The notes under the pieces are model-generated. The model was not told the origin of the DNA, did not search any database, and saw only the letters and a program-made list of their open reading frames with translations. Of a DNA stretch of 64,000 bases, positions 61,401 to 64,000 are shown in pieces. Every line of letters begins with the position of its first letter. Positions within the stretch are counted from its first letter, which is position 1. The position numbers were made by a program, and so were the translations under genes. The stretch is from the IMG/VR virus record IMGVR_UViG_3300042691_023995, positions 1-64,000 of that record, one strand, 5' to 3'. Source of the DNA: a virus. Its lineage: Duplodnaviria > Heunggongvirae > Uroviricota > Caudoviricetes > Crassvirales.

Positions 61401-64000
61401 CTACAGGTAGTAATAATATTGCAATTGGTAGGGACGCTTTATCTACTGGCCAAACCATGAACAACAACGTTGCTGTAGGTAGAGATGCGCTACTTTTAAA
61501 TACAGCAGACCACAATACCGCAGTAGGATTCTGCGCACTTAGAAGTAATACGACAGGTAATAGAAATACCGCTGTTGGTAGATATACTTTAAGATCTAAT
61601 ACAACTGGTAAATACAACGTAGGTGTAGGTGTTAATGCACTAGAATCAAATGCAGTGGGAGATAATAATACTGCTGTTGGTATGTTTGCACTTACAGCTA
61701 ACACAGCATCAAACAACACAGCGGTTGGTTTCTGTTCTCTTAGGAGTAATACTACAGGAGGTAATAATACAGCTGTTGGTAGATACTCACTAAGAACAAA
61801 CACTGTAGGCTACAATAATACTGCTCTAGGTGTTAATTCACTACAATGTAATGTATCAGGTAGATGGAATACAGCAGTTGGTTTTGTATCATTAAATTTA
61901 AACACTACAGGTATAGACAATACAGCATTAGGTGGAAACTCACTATATGCTAATACAACAGGAAACAGTAATACAGCGCTAGGTACCAACGCTTTGTGTG
62001 CTAATACAACAGGTGGATTCAATGTTGCTGTTGGACAGTCTGCATTAAGAGTAAATACTGCATCTAATAATACGGCTGTAGGTAGTTGTGCCTTAAGATA
62101 TAATACCACTGGTACACAAAACGTAGCTCTTGGATTTGAAGCTCTACTATTAAATGTAGGTGCTAATAACAATACAGCTGTAGGAGCAGTGGCTATGAGA
62201 AGAAATACCAGCGGTGCTTACAATACAGCTATGGGTAGGGCTGCTCTTTATGCTAACACAATAGGAACTAGTAACGTTGCCATTGGATATAGATCATTAT
62301 TTTCTAATACCACTGGAGATCATAATGTTGGTGTTGGAACTAACTCATTAAGATATAATACTACAGGAGGTTGTAACGTAGCATTAGGTAGTACAGCATT
62401 GAGAAATAATACAACTGGTATTCGTAATACGGCTGTAGGTTGTGGTGCTATGTATGGAAACACAGGAGGACAAGCAAATGTAGCTGTTGGATTTAATGCT
62501 AATCAAGCTAACAACACAGGTGGAAGTAACACAGCTATTGGATTTAATTCACTGGCTAATAATAAAGCAGGTAGCAATACAGCTGTAGGTGCTAGTTCAC
62601 TTTATAATAACACTACTGGATTTAATAACACAGCTGTAGGACTTAATGCTTTAGTATCAAACACAACGGGATATAATAACGCTGCACTTGGTGTACAATC
62701 ACTTCAGTGCAATACAACAGGAAGACGTAATGTTGCGGTGGGTCCAAATGCACTATTCTGTAATACAACAGGACAAAATAACACAGGTTTAGGTTATAGA
62801 TCTGGACAAAATAACCAAACTGGTACAGGAAACGTATCTGTTGGATATTATTCATTAACAGCCAATACAGCTTCAAATAATACAGCATTAGGTGCAAGTG
62901 CGTTAAGAGCCAACACCACTGGTGCTAATAACACAGCTTTAGGTTATGTTGCGTTAAGGAATAATACTACAGGAGCATCTAACGTAGCAATTGGATTTAG
63001 AGCACTTTGTGGCAATACAACAGGTGTAGCTAATATATCCATAGGTGTTCAATCCATGCTATATAATGCAGGTGGCACTGCAAACATAGCTGTAGGATCA
63101 CAAGCATTGTATAAGAACAATGGTTCTAATAACACTGCGGTTGGTCATGAAGCAATGAAATGTAACACAACAGGTAATAGTAATACTGCTGTTGGATCTA
63201 ACGCACTGTTTAAGAATACCACTGGTGTTTACAACACAGCGCTTGGAGGTAATGCTTTACAATGTAACACAACTGGTTGTAGGAACGTTGCTCTAGGTTT
63301 AAATACAATGAGATTTAACCTAACAGGATACCAAAATATAGGAATAGGTGTAAATGCTCTGTTGAACAGCTCATCAAACTCTTGTGACATTGGTATAGGT
63401 GATGGTGCTTTGTGTTCTAATACATATGGTGGTGGAAACGTAGGTGTTGGTATGTTGGCACTGAGCAGCCACAACTGGTACATCAAATCTCACAACGTTG
63501 CTATTGGTACCAGGGCATTGAAAGCAAACACCATTGGTAGCAATAATACAGCTGTAGGAGGATATGCTCTATATAAGAACACTAATGCAGGTGAGAATGC
63601 TGCGTTTGGTTACTTGTCTATGGCGTGCAACACCACAGGTAGTAGCAATGCAGGATTGGGAACCCAAACACTAAAATCCAATACTACAGGTGTTTGTAAT
63701 ACAGCTGTAGGTACAAGAAGCTTATATCAAAACACCATAGGTACTTGCAATACAGCTGTAGGAACATGGGCCCTCTTTAACAACACTACAGGAAGATGTC
63801 ACGTGGCTGTTGGATTTATAGCCAACTGTGCTATAAATGCGAACATCACTAACACTATTGCTGTAGGTACATGTTCTGCTACATCTGCTACAACAGGTCA
63901 CACTGTTTGGGGTAATAGTGGTAACAACGTTTGTAACTGCGTATATGCAGCTTGGTCAAACGTATCTGACTGTCGTGATAAGACCAATGTTGAAACTCTT
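52475..64000 (+). CDS. giant repeat fibre protein, at least 3842 aa and 3'-truncated by the window edge: N-terminal domain, two collagen-like GXY blocks, about 160 x 17-aa beta-solenoid-type repeats and the start of a C-terminal S74-like chaperone domain
   Basis: ATG 52475 is preceded by an in-frame tag at 52469-71. Hand translation of the frame with codon starts at positions equal to 2 mod 3 is open to base 64000, spot-checked at 52.5-53.0, 54.2-54.5, 59.0 and 63.9 kb. Absent from the ORF track only because there is no stop in the window; the track shows its antisense and off-frame shadows instead. Confidence 0.85.
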   Translation, partial: MNVLPNILSYGSSGSSGTSGEAVPHIPDFLESFPQQVETPEPIDPTVGKPSFLSKLYNSPQYQTPDPENTSINYSESFFNTPLLSNIVGSESSEGDGQSFINKLFGTTHCEPKFTSAPVVCAANPCPITLNATCVFYEGPNLIYTGINTNDNLQTALEKIEAAIADELAGSSGTSGTSGTSGTSGTSGSSGTSGTDGSGGSSGTSGTSGIDGTSGTAGTSGTSGTTGTSGSSGTSGTDGSGGSSGTSGTSGTSGTSGTSGTTGTSGTTGTSGTSGTDGSGGTSGTSGTSGTSGTTGTSGTSGTTGTSGSSGTSATSGTSGTSGTSGSSGTTGTSGTSGTTGTSGSSGTTGTSGTSGTSATSGTSGTSGTDGTGGTSGTSGTSATSGTSGTTGTSGSSGTSGTSGTSGTDGSDGSSGTSGTSGTAGTSATSGTSGSSGTAGTSATSGTSGTSGTSATDGTGGTSGTSGTSATSGSSGSSGTDGTGGTSGSSGTSATSGSSGTSGTSGSSGTTGTSGTSGTSGTSATDGTGGTSGTSGTSGSSGTTGTSGTTGTSGTSGTSGTNGSPGTSGTSATSGTSGSSATSGTSGTSGTTGTSGSSGLSGDRYATTSSTTYTLQAAGNTGTITVGTGLAYTVAQSIIIAYNATNYQEAEVTSYNSGTGSLSFTTITQVGSGTYSSWFVNLDGATGGDGSNGTSGTSGTSATSGTSGTTGTSGTSGSSGTTGTSGTSGTPGTSGTSATSGTSGTTGTSGTTGTSGTSGSSGTSGTDGSGGTSGTSGTTGTSGSSGSSGSSGSSGSSGTSATSGTSGTSGTNGSAGSSGSSGSSGSSGSAGTSGTAGSPGTSGTSGSSGTSGTAGTTGTSGTSGTTGTSGTSGLTGTSGTSGVNGTSGTSGTSGSSGTAGSSGTAGSSGTSGTAGTSGTNGSPGTSGTSGSSGSSGSSGTTGTSGSSGTSGTSGSSGTSVAVAGTQEYIVKFTSATTIGNSATCQKASGDLCVNLAGGIGVDVGKGGGSIATNTAVGNSALSSNTTGAGNVAVGYFALRCNTTANNNIAIGKNALCANVSSTDLTAVGDAALKANTGAYNSAFGAAALYKNTTGTSNTAIGLRALQENITGSNNTAVGRLALFCNTASNNTAVGTCALRSNTTGIYNTALGTNALKSNTTGGRNVGIGLNALISNITGAHNIAVGYVALGCNVSGNNNIALGSLALQYNTASNNTAIGFFALRANTTGNYNTAIGRNALKANTIGRYIVALGDSALYSNTTGERNTAVGYGTLVCNTVGANNTALGFQALRQNTASNNTAVGFCALRSNTTGVYNTALGFQSLASNTTGNSNTAVGLQSLLYNTSGVQNTAVGRSTLFCNTTGSNNVALGQAALRLNTIGNRNIAIGRAAMEANTTGADNVAVGHYALIANSVGTNNVAIGRNALYCNTASNNTAVGFSALRSNTTGTNNVAVGYCALRNNTIGTGNNAFGHGSLICNTTGANNVAVGTSSLGRNTIGTDNTGIGVNTLLYNTTGINNTAVGRSALQTNTTGTLNTAVGVNSLLVNTVGSVNVAVGVGALQSNISGNNNISIGVNSLVTNQVGSSNVAVGRDALFSNTASNNTAIGHYSLRCNTTGTPNTAVGANALASNTIGDINTAIGVNALNSNTTGRGNVAVGHTASNSNVVGSYNTSVGVSALRCNTASTNTAIGFYSMRNNSTGTVNTALGVQSLAYNTTGARNVAIGHQALFSNVVGVNNTSVGYLALLCSTASNNTAVGYCSLRSNTTGTSNVSVGGFSTRLNTTGVHNSALGFAALETNVTGNYNVAVGYRSLNQNKASNNTAVGFNSLRFNTTGASNVAVGKNALVSNTTGAQNVAMGYNALLANTSGGSNTALGMKALYSNTVSNNTAVGRYAMCANTTGTQNTGLGFGALKTNTTGNTNTAVGYNALTYNTTGGLNTAMGVLALEKNTTGCYNIAIGPSALRNNTTGASNVIIGRDAGYANTIGCANTAVGTNSLKCNTTGGRNSALGSGALNANTTGCFNTAVGFNSLTANTVGSLNTAHGVQALKSNTTGNRNTALGLNALYANNGSYNVAVGTYSTQNTTTGSCNVAVGYATLVANTTGIRNVAIGVCALSANQASSIVAVGPNALRCNTTGAGNTALGNQALFANTTGANNTAVGQNAMLCNTTGGGNSALGDYALRSNTTGNNNVAIGRLAASCNTVGSYNIAIGRDSSQNNVSGSNNIGIGFQALLQNTASNNTALGYRALRSNTTGAYNVAVGACSSMYNTTGGINSAFGFRAMLRNTTGIQNNAFGFLALCNSNGNYNNAFGVCALRQNTTGARNTAVGHRSMNYNTTGSYNTAMGMCSLLCNTTGSSNVALGFASLQCNLTGTDNVAVGVNSLFKNCSNNNVAVGAAAMLENTTGTNNVAISTSALRNNTTGVSNVAIGFYSQRVSVASNNTSVGVSTLRCNTTGTNNVALGISALYSNTTGVSNVAIGSVSLAGNTIGQHNVSIGRVALRNNSTGNSNVALGSYALYANVTGCNNIAMGYLSLACNTASNNTAVGYASLRFNTSGTDNAALGQCALIFNTTGAQNTAVGKQAMMYNNVGCRNTAVGTFALFRTRCSNQVAVGYGALRYNITGVGNTAVGYTAGRNNVCGNNNTSLGNSALTSNTASYNTGIGAQALTSNTTGGNNTAVGMQSMLLNTTGYRNTALGVRALCANTTANSNTALGYSALRKNITGADNTAVGGYALACNTSGRQNVAIGKDSSRYNQTGIYNTSLGVASLQSNTAGSRNTAIGYQALLLNTASNNTAVGYRSLRNNTTGYCNTAVGRFALFANTTGFRNNAFGSRALYSNTTGVRNVAMGDRALAANTIGLSNSSFGTYALYTNTTGSLNVAVGSQALFYNLVGSANTAVGADALLCNKASGNTAVGFCALRTNTTGAQNVAVGYGALRLNTTGQYNTALGYHALRNSTGSQNNVGLGMHAGCAITTGSNNIAIGRDALSTGQTMNNNVAVGRDALLLNTADHNTAVGFCALRSNTTGNRNTAVGRYTLRSNTTGKYNVGVGVNALESNAVGDNNTAVGMFALTANTASNNTAVGFCSLRSNTTGGNNTAVGRYSLRTNTVGYNNTALGVNSLQCNVSGRWNTAVGFVSLNLNTTGIDNTALGGNSLYANTTGNSNTALGTNALCANTTGGFNVAVGQSALRVNTASNNTAVGSCALRYNTTGTQNVALGFEALLLNVGANNNTAVGAVAMRRNTSGAYNTAMGRAALYANTIGTSNVAIGYRSLFSNTTGDHNVGVGTNSLRYNTTGGCNVALGSTALRNNTTGIRNTAVGCGAMYGNTGGQANVAVGFNANQANNTGGSNTAIGFNSLANNKAGSNTAVGASSLYNNTTGFNNTAVGLNALVSNTTGYNNAALGVQSLQCNTTGRRNVAVGPNALFCNTTGQNNTGLGYRSGQNNQTGTGNVSVGYYSLTANTASNNTALGASALRANTTGANNTALGYVALRNNTTGASNVAIGFRALCGNTTGVANISIGVQSMLYNAGGTANIAVGSQALYKNNGSNNTAVGHEAMKCNTTGNSNTAVGSNALFKNTTGVYNTALGGNALQCNTTGCRNVALGLNTMRFNLTGYQNIGIGVNALLNSSSNSCDIGIGDGALCSNTYGGGNVGVGMLALSSHNWYIKSHNVAIGTRALKANTIGSNNTAVGGYALYKNTNAGENAAFGYLSMACNTTGSSNAGLGTQTLKSNTTGVCNTAVGTRSLYQNTIGTCNTAVGTWALFNNTTGRCHVAVGFIANCAINANITNTIAVGTCSATSATTGHTVWGNSGNNVCNCVYAAWSNVSDCRDKTNVETL
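52982..54280 (+). repeat. collagen-like block 1: about 144 Gly-X-Y triplets, mainly GTS/GSS/GTT/GTD, with rare Gly-to-Ala breaks
   Basis: Continuous ggt-aca/agc triplets with Gly every third codon. Recurring GTDGSGG punctuation. Confidence 0.85.
54524..55351 (+). repeat. collagen-like block 2: about 90 Gly-X-Y triplets including a GSSGSSGSS run
   Basis: Same periodicity, separated from block 1 by a roughly 85-aa non-collagenous insert (DRYATTSSTTYTLQAAGNTGTITVGTGLAYTV...SWFVNLD). Confidence 0.85.
55511..63900 (+). repeat. coding tandem array of about 160 diverged 51-bp / 17-aa units, consensus N-[TV]-A-[VLI]-G-x-x-[AS]-L-x-x-N-T-[TA]-G-x-x (YadA-head / Hep_Hag-like)
   Basis: Units are diverged at the nucleotide level but conserved at the protein level. 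A marker unit NTASNNTAVGxxALRxNTTG recurs about every 10 units (about 16 times). Confidence 0.85.

Noticed and set aside
55426-63486. Many short - strand ORFs (for example 57880..58290, 61330..61803, 61810..62172) rich in PTAVL
   Set aside because: They are shadows of the 17-aa repeat array. The sense frame on + is open and periodic; the - strand pieces are interrupted every few hundred bases.
55511-63900. 51-bp periodic array as a possible CRISPR array or non-coding satellite
   Set aside because: The units are diverged and in frame. There are no spacer/repeat alternation or identical repeats, and a conserved protein-level consensus is present. It is coding.

Overview
The window is a single unidirectional morphogenesis/late region of a large tailed dsDNA phage; every gene from 2110 to the window end is on the + strand. 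Three small hypothetical genes on the - strand sit at the left edge, separated from the rest by a 480-bp G-tract-rich divergent regulatory region. The region has Bacteroidota-style expression signals: TAnnTTTG -7 boxes with TTTG -33 boxes, A-rich leaders and no Shine-Dalgarno sequences. Gene order from left to right: small early-type DNA-binding genes (an HU/IHF-like protein with a GFGKF motif, Cys-rich zinc-ribbon proteins), then a candidate small terminase and the large terminase (terL, with Walker B LIIDEIG and a GVDP nuclease motif). The portal follows, with a Gln-rich coiled-coil tail. Next comes an SPFH/band-7 (HflC/stomatin-like) protein sitting where a prohead protease is normally found, then an acidic scaffold and the major capsid protein, followed by a GC-rich multi-hairpin element. 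Downstream are head/tail genes carrying recurrent poly-Thr linkers, a tail-collar (MdpB-like) fibre protein, a calcineurin-like metallophosphoesterase, a 1691-aa modular structural protein and a Gly-zipper 1057-aa protein. Three very large translationally coupled genes (887, 3978 and 1674 aa) look like ejected internal/cargo proteins. The 3978-aa protein carries a GSDFDID motif reminiscent of two-barrel virion RNA polymerases and an HExxH motif; the 1674-aa protein has a PD-(D/E)xK-like motif. The most striking feature is a gene the ORF track misses entirely: an ORF starting at ATG 52475 and still open at base 64000 (at least 3842 codons). It encodes a mega-fibre with an N-terminal domain, two long collagen-like Gly-X-Y (GTS) blocks, about 160 tandem 17-residue YadA-head/Hep_Hag-like repeats (NTAVGxxALxxNTTGxx) with an approximately 10-unit super-period, and the beginning of a C-terminal S74-type auto-cleaving intramolecular chaperone motif (SDCRDK). 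Coordinates I derived by hand may be off by 1-2 nt; coordinates taken from the ORF track are exact.
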